DNA of 64,000 nucleotides from Octopus sinensis (taxonomy: Eukaryota). The stretch's first letter is position 1, and each line of letters opens with the position of its first letter. The stretch spans positions 78,802,001-78,866,000 of the forward strand of contig NC_043003.1 in NCBI RefSeq assembly GCF_006345805.1, in the 5' to 3' direction. Of this stretch, positions 49,545 through 61,613 are shown one piece after another. A program made the translations under genes and the position numbers. Under the pieces are notes generated by a model that was not told the origin of the DNA, searched no databases, and saw only the letters and a program-made list of their open reading frames with translations.

Positions 49545-49951
49545 ATAATAATAAGCCTTTCTACTAAAGGCACGAGGCTTGAAATTTAGGGGAGGGGACT
49601 AGTCATTGCATCGACCCTGGTGTTTCACTATTACTTAATTTATCGACCCTGAAAGGATGAAAGGCAAAGTTGACCTCGGTAGAATTTGAACTCAGAAAGT
49701 AATGGCAGACGAAATACCTATTTCTTTACTACCCCCAAGGGGCTAAACACAGAGAGGACAAACAAGGACAGACAAACGGATTAAGTCGATTACATCGACC
49801 CCAGTGCGTAACTGGTACTTAATTTATCTACCCAGAAAGGATGAAAGGCAAAGTCGACCTCGGCGGAATTTGAACTCAGAACTTAGCGGCAGACGAAATA
49901 CGGCTACGCATTTCGCCCGGCGTGCTAACGTTTTTGCCAGCTCGCCGCCTT
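49545..49951 (-). mobile_element. SINE B head-to-tail dimer (long-tail unit joined to a headless short-tail unit)
   Basis: Junction gacgaaatacc|tatttctttact at ~49710-49730. Confidence 0.88.
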
Positions 49952-49979
49952 CAATCATAATTATTATAATGGGGAAGCG

Positions 49980-50145
49980 GTAAGCCGATTATATAGACCC
50001 TCGTGTTCAACTGGTACTTATTTTATCGATTCCGAAACGATGAAAGGCAAAGTTGACCTCGGCGGAATTCGAACTCAGAACGTAGCAACGGGTGAAAAAT
50101 ACCACTAAGCATTTTTCCCGGCGCGCTAACGATTCTACCAGCTTG
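49980..50145 (-). mobile_element. SINE family B
   Basis: ctggtacttattttatcga..tgaaaggcaaagttgacctcggcgg. Confidence 0.82.
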
Positions 50146-50150
50146 GTGTA

Positions 50151-50217
<67 letters not shown>

Positions 50218-51181
50218 ATGATGATTATGATGACGACGACGACGACGACGATGATGATGCTGGTGACGACGATGTTAATGATGATAATGATGATTCCTAA
50301 CAAAGGAACATGCTTCAAATTTCGGGGAAGGGGCATACCCGATTAATAATTCTTTTCTTTACTAGTATTTTGCTGTATCCGAGATAGACACAACAATAGG
50401 GCAAGAGGCAAGCGAGAAATAGCGGATACATTAAGCCGAGACAAAAAAAAAAAAAAGAAGGTAAACCGAAAATAGCCAACAACAGCAGGATTGAAATGTA
50501 AATATGATAGGTAAACAGGTTCCTAATGTTTTTTTACAAAACTATATCGCCTATGAAAATATATTCCAGAAGTTATATTTTGGAATCTTGTTACTGGAGA
50601 CGCCAACACTCGGCATAAATCTACGTAACACTTGTTTTGTTTGTACGCTTTCATTTCTGAAATTTGTTTTTAATATTTTTTTAAAGACTGTTGTGTATCT
50701 TGCTTCCTTGATTTCTGATAGTGCTAGTCATTGTCTGTCGCACCATTATGAATTCCAGCTGTCTAATTCTCTCACTTTGCTTAGTGTTCACAGATGTTAA
50801 CATTGCTTTGTACGTTAGAATTTCAAAAACTTGCGATAACATTCTATATTAATAAAATCTCTAAGGGGGTAGTAGCTTACATGTTACATACAACTTTTAC
50901 CAATGTTCCTGTTTACTTGACCTACATCATTCGCTTTAGAAAATTTTGTTGTCATTGTTACCGTTGTTGTTGCTGCTGTTGTTGTTATAATGTTATAATA
51001 GATTGGTGAATTGTTAGAGGTTTAGCCAAAATGAGTTGTGATATTTAGTTAGCTCTTTAAATCCTAGGTTCAAACCTTATTAAGATCAACTTTTCCTTTC
51101 ATTTTTCCGGGTACTGAAATAGATGGTATCAACTCACGCTCTCCCAAAATTGTTCACCCTCTTGTTAGAAATCATGCTACT

Positions 51182-51785
51182 AAGGCGGCGAGCTGGCAGA
51201 ATCGTTAGCACGCCGGACGAAATGCGTAGCCGTATTTCGTCTGCCGTTACGTTCTGAGTTCAAATTCCGCCGAGGTTGACTTTGCCTTTCATCCTTTCGG
51301 GGTCGATTAAATAAGTACCAGTTACGCACTGGGGTCGATATAATCGACTTGATCCGTTCGTCTGTCCTTGTTTGTCCCCTCTATGTGTAGCTCGTTGTGG
51401 TTAATAAAGAAATAGGTATTTCGTCTGCCGCTACGTTCTGAGTTCAAATTCCGCCGAGGTCGACTTTGCCTTTCATCCTTTCGGGGTCGATTAAATAAGT
51501 ACCAGTTACGCACTGGGGTCGATATAATCGACTTAATCCGTTTATCTGTCCTTGTTTGTCCCCTCTATGTTTAGCCCCTTATGGGTAATAAAAAAATATG
51601 TATTTCGTCTGCCGCTACGTTCTGAGTTCAAATTCCACCGAGGTCGATTTTGCCTTTCATCCTTTCGGGGCCGATTAAATAAGTACCAGTTACGCACTGG
51701 GGTCGATGTAATTGACTTAATCCGTTTGTCTGTCCTTGTTTGTTCCCTCTGTGTTTAGCCCCTTGTGGGCAATAAAGAAATAAGA
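51182..51785 (+). mobile_element. SINE B head-to-tail trimer (one full unit plus two ~184-bp headless units)
   Basis: Units restart at gtatttcgtctgccg at ~51415 and ~51599. Confidence 0.92.
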
Positions 51786-52938
51786 AATACACAACCTTGT
51801 TCCAATGCACGTCTAAATACGTCTTCGTATTCTGCGGGCGTAGGAGAGGTATCGAGAAAAGGTGTCTTACTAGCTGTCGACTCCTCTTACGTGGTAATCC
51901 AGGCAAGGTAGTACAGGAAAACATTTTGGGGTGTGAAGTTCTTGGATAGTAGATGTGGAGCGGTTTTTGAACACAAGAATATTTGCGGTCGTGCTAGATA
52001 TGTTCTCCATTAGTAACTGCCCTAGCAAAAATTCGAGGAAACACTGCAAGCATATATTTGCTTCGTCGAGTGCCGAGTTGTAGCCCCATCGACTTTCCCT
52101 AGTTGACCTGTGTTCTCGTACACCCCTGGTATTCCTCCACTTAAGTGTCGACTCCTTCTGTTTCCAAAGTGTCCGACATCACAATTATTATAACACCAAC
52201 AGTGACCTCTAGAAAAGCTGCAATAAGAGCAAATTTAGGATCTTGTCTGCTTGGCAGCCACTTTTCATTTTCTTCAACTTTTGTTCCGATTGATTTCTTA
52301 TTTGGTGCATTGGTGAAGTTTTGACGTGTAATTCATTTTCGCTATAAATAAATAAAGAGTTAATAGCTTTTAAAGTTTGTAAATTTTGGGTAATTTTAGC
52401 CAACCGAAAACCACAGACATATAGGTGCCTCTTTCCATAGTAACAAGCCAAGCTGCTTACCATGTATTCTTTTTGTCGCTTATTAAATGCTTAAAACACG
52501 CGATATGAGATGTGGTAAAAATAACAGCTAAATAGGCTTTAAATCACGCATGAATTTCTTTTTACTTTGTTTTTGCATAATCGTATGAATTCCCGTGTGT
52601 AGAATACAAATTTACAAAATTTTTCTGAAAATTCCAAAAAATAAAAAAAGTTATATGTCATGTGTAAAGTAAAATTCCGCCAATATTTCATCTGTTTACA
52701 GTTGACAACACGTGCTGTCATGCACAAAATGACAGCCTCCAAATCCTGTTTCCTGACTGGGTAACAATTATCAAATTTTAAATCTCTATAACTATTTAAA
52801 ACATTTTTTTCTGGAAAAAGGGTATTATCTCCTGAGATTCGGCGTGAGAAATTACATCAATACACCAAATTTTAAAATGTTCACTAAACTTTAAAATTTC
52901 CACAAGTGCAACCAAACGGAAAAAGATCTCAAATTTAA

Positions 52939-53155
52939 CCCCCTTAGCATTAAAAACAGCCATATCTGGCCAAAATATTCAATTTGTTTTATGTGGAAAC
53001 TGGCCAGATCCGGCCGCTCACCCCATCCCTACAATGTCATTCTAAAACTAAATAATTGTAGTATCAAAATCTTTGAGCTACACGATAATGTATGATTAAT
53101 TCGAAACAATATAAATAAACATTGCATTTGACGGAATAATCTGAATACTAAAAGG
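52939..53155. mobile_element. piggyBac-like MITE with TTAA flanks
   Basis: TTAA(52935-38)cccccttagcatt ... aatactaaaaggTTAA(53156-59). Confidence 0.75.
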
Positions 53156-53289
53156 TTAATCATTAATACGAAAGACAAAATAGAAGGGGAACAACAGTTA
53201 CTACAAACAATAGCAAGAGCAAGAATAACAACAAAAGGTTCAAACGCGGCAGAAACAAAGTCACTAGAAGCCTGTTGGAGGAATTGGCA

Positions 53290-53600
53290 ACTGGCACTTG
53301 GTTATGACGACGAGGGTTCTAGTTGATCCGATCAATGGAACAGCCTACTCGTCAAATTAACGTGCAAGTGGACGAGCACTCCGGAAACACGTGTACCCAT
53401 CAGGAGATTTAGCGTGACACAGAGTGTGCCAAGGCTGGCTCTTTGAAATGCAGGTCCTCTTTTCATTTTTACCAGCCGAGTGGACTGGAGCAACGTGAAA
53501 TAAAGCGTCATACTCAAGGATACAGCGCATCTCCGGCAATTGAACTCACGACCTTACGATCGTAAACCGAATGCCCTAACCACTAAGCCACGCGCCTTTA
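53290..53600 (-). mobile_element. SINE hybrid: D head/CORE-like domain with C tail
   Basis: Reverse complement matches 31597-31905. Confidence 0.82.
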
Positions 53601-53818
53601 CTGAACGAATTAACACAAACCAAAAAAAAAACAAGACCATCTGTAACAAGAAATACTATTCTTCTATAGAAACCACTTCTACTGAAGACATTTCGGGACA
53701 AATCGCTGTAGGAAACTCCGATATTTCATACTGTAGCAAAGGGTTGAAGACTAAATTGTCAAAAAGGCACTAAGGAGAGTCTGCAGTCATTAAAACCAAG
53801 ATAATTAATAATATCACC

Positions 53819-53852
<34 letters not shown>

Positions 53853-53894
53853 CTACTATCACATAGAACAACAGCAGCAATAACACTTGTTGAC

Positions 53895-54228
53895 CCCCTT
53901 CGGTCACGACACTGACCATGGGATTGCACCGAGAAAGTTACCCTCCTAGTCACAAGTCTGGGCAAGGTGGTTTATGGAAGACCAGCAGTCGCCCATGCAT
54001 ACCGGCCTCCCCTTTCCACGCCACCAGTGTCATCCAAGGGAAAGGCAAATGCCGATACAGCTTGGCACCTGTGACGTCGCAACTCATTTCTACAGCTGAG
54101 TGAACTGGAGCAACGTGAAATAAAGTGTCTTGCTCAAGAACACAACATGCAACCCGGTCTGGGATTCGAGCTCACAACCTCACGATCGTAAGCTCGACGC
54201 TCTAACCATTGAGCCATGCGCCTTCACT
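53895..54228 (-). mobile_element. SINE family D, full length
   Basis: Reverse complement of the D consensus, including head gagccatgcgccttcac. Confidence 0.9.
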
Positions 54229-54742
54229 AACAACGCAGCAATAACAACCATCATAAAAACTAACAAAAGGTCTAGATCAGTCAACAATCCAGACATTCAC
54301 TGTCGATCAACATACGAAGATGATGGTGGTGGTGGTGGTGATGATGATGATTATAATGATGATGATGGCAAATAGTGAAAAATGACACCAAATGTCTATA
54401 AAGGGATAAGGGTACTCTTTTTACGAGGATGTGAGGTGGGGGTTATTTCGTGGAAGCACAACAGAGCTCTTTATGAATCTGTTTGGGGAACTGGACCCTA
54501 AACAACTTACTTTACCCTCGCTTCTCTACATATCTCTTTTTCTCATTCTCTCTTTCTCTTCCTTTTCTCCTTAACTCTGATTAAGAGTTTAGTGAGATTA
54601 GGATGCATGCATGGTGGGTTCTGAAAGCAGGGTCACCAACTGAAGAATATAAGAATAACTGACAACGATTTTATACCTCTTTCGGTCCCCTAGGATCGAG
54701 AGGTGTGGATTTAGTTTTCAAATAATAATAATAATAATAATA

Positions 54743-54789
<47 letters not shown>

Positions 54790-54895
54790 GGTGTATAAAT
54801 GACTGAGATTACAATACTCCCCCTGAACTGGACGCCGGTCCATCGCAGATTTAACTTCCCAGCTATGGTTGGAACTCATTGTCAGTGGACTTGAG

Positions 54896-55084
54896 CAGTG
54901 CTCCGCAACCTTTTTTTTTAACTTGCGGTACACTTATATTCTTTTCAAAATTCAGCGGTACACCTGAACTAAAACTATGACAAAATGTACAGGGAAAAAA
55001 ATTATATTCAGGTTACATTGCGGCACACCTAGCACCGTCTCGTGGAACACCAATGTGCCGCAGCATGCCGGTTGCGGAGCACTG
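54896..55084. mobile_element. 189-bp hAT (Charlie-like) MITE inserted in a SINE CORE-like domain
   Basis: Perfect 15-bp TIRs cagtgctccgcaacc / ggttgcggagcactg; 8-bp TSD gacttgag / gactagag; host SINE pieces at ~54800-54895 and 55085-55195. Confidence 0.9.
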
Positions 55085-55399
55085 GACTAGAGCAACGTGA
55101 AGTGTGTTGCTCAAGAAAACAACGTGTCGCTTAGTCCGAGAGTCGAAATCATGATATTATGATCATGAGTGCAATAACCTAACCCCTAGACCATGCTTTT
55201 CAAATAGGGTGGTAAAAAAAAGAGACGAATGTGCATAATGTAGTGCTAGGAGAAGATGAGATAGTATGGTCTTTAGAAGTGAGCCCTTCAACAAAGCATT
55301 GGAAAGTATTGTGGAAAAGACAGAATCAAAGAAGGAAGGAAAGGGGAGGGAGAATTAACTAAATAAAGGATGAGGACAAGACTAAGAAAGAGAGGGAAA

Positions 55400-55443
<44 letters not shown>

Positions 55444-55599
55444 AGTGAGAGATGGAGAGAGAGAGAATCAGTGGTTTTAGACAGTATAGTTACGGTAATT
55501 CTCTGAAACCGGTGATCGTTTATTCCTCCCTACAGGAATCGGTCATCCAGTCTTCTTCAGATGTCTGAAAATAATGTTCATGACATCCCATTTATCAGC

Positions 55600-55900
55600 G
55601 TTAGCAGGGGGTGTTGGCAGGGGACTGATTTAGATGCTCATATAGGGAATAGGTGCTTAGAAGATTGGGTATAAAAGCCTCCGGAGATAGGGCGTAAAAG
55701 TTTCCGGAGACAGTTGCAATTGTCTGACAGAAATCTGGTTGATTTTCCGATTGCGTCAATGTGGAAATGTACGAAGTACTGTAGGTCATTCAAGTTGTAT
55801 TTAGATGACTTCGTACCAAGTTTAGTGGATAGAGATAGCGTTGGGCGTTCACAGTTTTAGGTTATTGGCTACACCTACCATATGTTTGTTATGTTAGACA
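55600..55900 (+). pseudogene. Decayed Tx1/L1-type APE endonuclease fragment
   Basis: DLDAHIG (cf. GDFNAHVG) and YLD..V..DRDSVG..VIGYTYHMFV (cf. SDH motif). Confidence 0.35.
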
Positions 55901-56479
55901 AAACAATGAGCTATTGTAAATAACAGATGTTAGGTATGTGGATGTAATAGGAAAGAAAGAAATTAAATTAGGATTTATTAGTTTTAGAAAGGACCTCGAA
56001 GCAGATTGTACTGAATTAGTGAAAAAGTTAGGCAGACTAGAAGAGACTTGACAAAAGATATTACACTCAATATATGATTGCAGTATTTTACCATTTTCAT
56101 TCGAACGCTAAAACTGAAAACTGCAAATAAAGTAGATCGATTTGGTCATCGTTCTAGTAAAGAGGTTGGCTCTTGTCTCATGTCATCGGGCCCTCATAGT
56201 CTTCACTTTATGCGATACACCATGGTGGTTTTAATTCTGCCTCGAAAGGTTAAATTACTATCATACAGTGGTATTTACTTGGTAGTCAAAACTATTTAGC
56301 ATTAAGCATACCAATGGGCATAGTGTTAAATAGTTTGACAATGCATTTTTCATGTAATTAAAGTTTTTCACTGAAGTTTTTAATGTCATTTACATTTCAC
56401 GTTGTAAACAAGAGAAAATAGTAACAGTAGGCCCTGGGGCGTCTATTCTTTTGTTTCTGATGGAAAGATTAGGTGTCTT

Positions 56480-56690
56480 TGATCAGAAAGTCTACCTGTC
56501 GCCATAACCAATTCCAGAGGGATCTGGAAATGACAAGTCCGAGTCAATTATACTTGCCAAGATTCCTTGACAGGTGTGGTCGTTTATTTCTCAACTGTAT
56601 TTACTCGAATTTAGTCTCTTTGATTAAGACGAAAACTTCGATCAAGCGTAAACCAATGGTTTTAGCATCTAGAAGAGTGTTTTTAATAGG
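56480..56690 (-). pseudogene. L2/CR1-type RT fragment
   Basis: RLNQ.KTK and RNLG.IIDSDLSF across a frameshift. Confidence 0.4.
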
Positions 56691-56805
56691 GAAGCGGCCC
56701 CAATTTAGACAGGGTCTAGGAGGAAAGAAAAGGGACCGAATAAATTGCTATGTTTAATAGTATCAAGATGGTTTTAACCTTTATACACTTGTCGAACCCT
56801 ATGGC

Positions 56806-57304
56806 GAAGAACATAAGATACTGTGAGATTTTACAATCCAGTGTAACTCTCAAATCGAGACTCGCAGATCAGATATTGTTGTGGTAGATAAGGGAAAATA
56901 AGGAAATCAAGATCATAGATATTGCAATACCTGGATATGCACGCATAAATGACAAAGAACTAGAAAAGATTGGAAAGTACAGACTACTAAAAGACGAGAT
57001 TGCAAGAACGTGGACTATGAGGAGAGTGTCTGTCATTCCAGTAGGGGCACTCCGAGCACTAACAACCAAGTTCGAGGAGTTATGTCAAAGAAATTGGAAT
57101 TGACATGAGAGCAGAGCAAGCCCAAAAATCTGCTCTGTTGGGGACAACTAGAATTTTGAGGTTGGTACTTGATGTTGAATGTCTGTCACGATAATTAACA
57201 ACCAAGTATCAAAGCTTATAATGTGTGGAAAAAAAGACCCTGTGAGACCTCTGGCAGCAAGCTACTGTTAACCCCAAGATTCCGAGTTCTATTCCAGGCA
57301 GTGA

Positions 57305-57308
<4 letters not shown>
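56806..57308 (+). mobile_element. R4/Dong-type LINE 3' end (RLE domain plus 3' UTR) abutting (AAT)n
   Basis: KIL*DFTIQ..IETRRSDIVVVDK..IIDIAIPG..KELEKIGKYRLLKDEIARTW..QKSALLGTTRILRLVL; followed by (aat)n at 57308-57368. Confidence 0.85.
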
Positions 57309-57369
<61 letters not shown>

Positions 57370-57429
57370 GCAACAACAACATCGAAAAAATACCGTAGGA
57401 ATGAGAACCCAGGTTCGGAATTTCCCCAA

Positions 57430-57475
57430 GACACCTGATGAAGACTGGAGGGTATATCAGCCGAAACGTTGTGTT
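57430..57475 (+). ncRNA. Minimal type I hammerhead-like motif with canonical core, in a short dispersed repeat (family H, ~57390-57565)
   Basis: GACAC-CUGAUGA-A-GACUG(10 nt)CAGCC-GAAAC-GUU-GUGUU; helix I 5 bp, helix II 4/5, palindromic ACGU helix III. Confidence 0.6.
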
Positions 57476-57589
57476 AACAACAAACAAGATGAGGACAAAT
57501 ATCCGTCGAATGTAAGTAATGTAAATAATGTACATAATTCCTCATCTCTTAAATATAGAACTGTACTGTTTTTTTCTTTTCGTTAATAA

Positions 57590-57830
57590 AGCGGGGAAGA
57601 CGAGCTTGGCAGTATCAGTAGTGTTAATTAAAATAGCTTTGGGTTAGTGAGCGAGCTGACAGAATCGTTAGCACATAGGCAAAATGCTTAGCAGCATTTC
57701 GTTCGTCTTGACGATTTTAGTTCAAATTCCACTGAGGTCGACTTTGCCTTTTATGCTTTCGGAGCCAATAAAATAAGTACCAGTTGAACACTGGGGTCAA
57801 TTACATTTCTGGCCTTGTACCAAAGTTAGA
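57590..57830 (+). mobile_element. SINE family B, diverged
   Basis: gcgagctgacagaatcgttagc..gaggtcgactttgccttt..aaaataagtaccagtt. Confidence 0.8.
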
Positions 57831-58414
57831 AATCAATAAAGAGGGGAACAAAAACGTCACCGATATATTTTTTTGTAGAGTACTTGCTTGGTATTTGTCA
57901 GACTTAGAACCATATACCTCGAGTATTGCCAGGTCATCACAGTGCTCTACCAATTAGTTGATGGAATGCCCACCTTTATATTCTGTGGAAGATGCTATTT
58001 ACAACCCCAAAAATCTGTAATTATATACCGTATATTAATATACCGTAGAATTTTGAGACAAAATAGAAAATAAACAATTATTGTTGCTATACATATATAC
58101 ATGCTGTGTGTGTGTATGTGTCTATACATACATACATACATACATACATATACGTATATGTAAAAGTACATGCACACACATATATATATATGTATACGTA
58201 TTTACATACATATATACATACACATACACACACACACATATATATACATATATGAGAGAGAGAGAGAGAGATACATATATATATATGTATGCATGTTTGT
58301 ATATATATATATATTATATATATATATATATATACATACAGACATGCATATAAATATACATATACTTATATATACACATACATACATAAATACATACATA
58401 CATATGTATGTGTG

Positions 58415-58445
<31 letters not shown>

Positions 58446-58749
58446 TTGTGTGTGCGTGTGTTTATTAATAACTTCAGCTGTTACTGAGACTGAACAGCCA
58501 AATTAAAGATTCACTGTTGATATCTTATCGACAATACTACCGTGAGTTGGTGGTCAAGACAGCTAACGCTAATATAATCATTGTTTACCAAGGTATAGAG
58601 AAATACCTGATGATAAGAATAACATAGCGTGCAGAGGAATGCTTATGTTAATCTTAGTGTTCTGCTTCACTAAAAAGTTAACATATGCTTCGTTAGATTG
58701 CAAGGAGTGATTTCATCTCACTATACGGATATAAATGGTAATGTGGTAA

Positions 58750-59280
58750 GCACAGTGTGGAATGGAGAGACTGTAGCTTGAAGTACGGGATGAGTGTTGT
58801 TTAGAGAAGAACGGTTATAGTTCGGAGTGGAGCGGCTGTGATTTGAAGTGGAATGTAATGGAGTGGAGTGGAATGGAGTGGAGTGGAGTGGAGTGGAGTG
58901 GAGTGGAGTGAAGTTGAGTGGCCAAAGATTGTATAGCTTGAAGTATGGGGTGAGTGTACTTTGAGGAGAAGTGGCTATAGTTTGGAGTGTAGAGGCTGTG
59001 ATTTGGAGTGGAGTGGCCAAAGATTGTGTAGCTTGGAGTAAAGGGTGAGTATAGTTTGTGGAGAAGGGGAGTGGATAAAGTTTGGAGTGGAGCGGCTGTG
59101 ATTGGGAGTGGAGTGGCCAAAGATTGTGTAGCTTGGAGTAAAGGGTGAGTACAGTTTGAGGAGGAGGGGAGTGGCTATAGTTTGGAATAGAGCAGCTGTG
59201 ATTTGGAGTGGAGTGGAGTGTCCAAAGATTGTATTGTGGTGGTCGTTGTGGAGTTGGAGGGCTATAGTTTGAAGAGTAGT
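58750..59280. repeat. Minisatellite of ~95-105 bp units built on GGAGT pentamers
   Basis: Anchor gccaaagattgt recurs at 58921, 59016, 59116 and (as tccaaagattgt) 59221. Confidence 0.88.
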
Positions 59281-60158
59281 GCCTGCAGTGTTAGATAGAT
59301 AACTTACCGAGGTTAAATTTTTTGTTAAATCTGTGTGAGGGAGATACAGCCATTTCTAGTTGGTCATCGACCACGTTGAGTCTCCCTCCGCTAACTCATA
59401 TTTCTAGCAGTAAATACTGGGGTCTGACAATGTCCCTATTACGCAGGGTGGTCTGTAACTCCCCATCATCATCAACATCATCATCGACATCATCATTAAG
59501 ACCACCATCATCACTACCCACATCGCCACAATCACCACTGCTACCACCACTATCACAGCCACCGCCGTCACCACCACCACCACCACCACCACCACCACCA
59601 CCATCACCATCACCACAACCACTACCGGTACTACCGCCGCCATCATCATCATCATCATCTAAGTTTACTGGACGTGTAAAACTTCAAGATAGAGGACAAT
59701 GTTTTGCTCTTTCTAAAGATGATCCTTTTACGATTCACACTACGGCTCGGATTTTGTTTGATTTCCATAAAAAGACGAACATGTATAAAGACTATAATGA
59801 GCGTGAACCAGAACAGAAAATGATGCTTGACAGCTGGTGAATTGCATATGAGTCTTTAAGAATCAGATAGGAATAGTGGCGGCGGTTGTCTAACGATTTG
59901 AATGGAAGTTCGTAACAGATAATGGCTGTTATGAGATCAATACTTAGCTGACGGTTATTTGCAAGGGACAGAGTCTTTTTCCCCGTTTTCTATCTTTATT
60001 ATATTTGATTGTCAACAATTATTTAATACACTTTATTTCCTCATCACTGAGTGCTGCGTATTCAAGTATGAATTATATGGTTTCCTTATAACCTTGTTTA
60101 TCCAAACGTCTATTTTTGTTATTTACCTCTAACAGACTGGTCCCTTTACTCACACACA

Positions 60159-60210
<52 letters not shown>

Positions 60211-60976
60211 TCGGCTGTATTCAGCCGCTAGTTTTTTTAGTATTTAGTGACTTTAAAGTTGTAGAACCGGACAATAAAATTTCTAGCAATGGTTGTAGTC
60301 ATCGTAAGCCACAATAAACGCTGATCTAGCACTGTACACACACCACGACCAAAGACATCCCAGCCTTATGTTGTTTCGTTGTTTTAATATTTAGATATTG
60401 TATACTTCGGATTATATTATCTATCTTTTGTTAAACCAGTTCGAGGGAGATAAAGCTACTATTTCTGGAAGTTGATCGACCACATAGATACTCCCTCGCT
60501 GACCCATATTTCTTTCATTAAGTCCTCGGGTCTGACAACGTCATCATGGCAGACTATTCATAAAGAAATGGATTCATGATTGTCAATAGCCTATTGGCTA
60601 TGTAGTTAACAGGCTCGCTTTGCGAGGATGTGGTTTCGCATTTAGTTCAACTGCACGGCATCCCGGGTCGACTAATGTCTTGCGAGTGAATTTGATTGGT
60701 CCCAGTGCTTGACTGGTAGTTATTTTATCGACTCCGAAAGGATGAAAAGGATAGTTGACATCAGTGGAGTTTGAATTCAATATAAAGTTGCAAGAAATGT
60801 CGCTAAGCATTATGTCCGGTGGGGTAACGATTCTACCACTTCACCACCTTATCTACCCTTAATATTAAACTGGTATACAATCCCGCCTCTATTATATATT
60901 ACTATACATACATATATACATACATACATACATACGTACATATGTATGTATGTATGTATTATATATACACTATTTG

Positions 60977-61290
60977 TGGAGGCGCAATGACCCAGTGGTT
61001 AGGGCAGCGGACTCGCGGTCGGAGGATCGCGGTTTCGATTCCCAAACCGGGCGTTGTGTGTGTTTATTGACCGAAAACACCTAAAGCTCCACAAGGCTCT
61101 GGCAGGGGGTAGTGGCGACCCCTGTTGTACTCTTTCACCCCAACTTTCTCTCACTCTTTCTTCCTGTTTCTTGAGTAACGCTGTGATGGACTGGCGTCCT
61201 GTCCAGCTGGGGGGAATACATACACCACAGAAACCGGGAAACCGGGCCCATGAGCCTGGATAGGCTTGAAAAGGGTGCATAAAAATAAAA
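60977..61290 (+). mobile_element. SINE with C head/body and V-like tail
   Basis: gtggaggcgcaatgacccagtggttagggcagcgg..gctgtgatggactggcgtcctgtccag..gaaaccgggaaaccgggcccatgagcc. Confidence 0.88.
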
Positions 61291-61613
61291 AATAAAAAAT
61301 AATATACACTATTTATTGCACTACTATATATTTAATCAACCCCAAAAGATCAAAAAATAAAGTCGAGCCTCACAGCATTCAACTCATATATAACTGGATC
61401 CCACAAAATAAGTACTATTGGCGGAATGGTTAGAGTGTCAGACAAAATACATTCTTCATTGTTGCATATGTTTTGCTGACCTTTAAGTTCAAGTCCTGGC
61501 TCTGGTCAATTTCGTAATTTATCCTCTTATAAAAAGCTAATTAAATATTGGAAGATCAGTGTATGTAATTCACCTTTTAATGTACTCATATAATACAGTC
61601 TATAATGTATTAT

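Noticed and set aside
51182-51785. Regular repeats suggesting a CRISPR-like array (also the 58750-59280 minisatellite)
   Set aside because: Units are wholly repeated with no unique spacers, the context is eukaryotic, and no cas genes are present.
51800-52190. Minus-strand open stretch possibly from a LINE ORF1
   Set aside because: Only a vague resemblance with no diagnostic motif; needs a profile search.
58721-59120. Mucin-like T/P/S-rich ORFs
   Set aside because: Repeat unit lengths of 95, 100 and 105 bp do not preserve frame, so it is a non-coding minisatellite.
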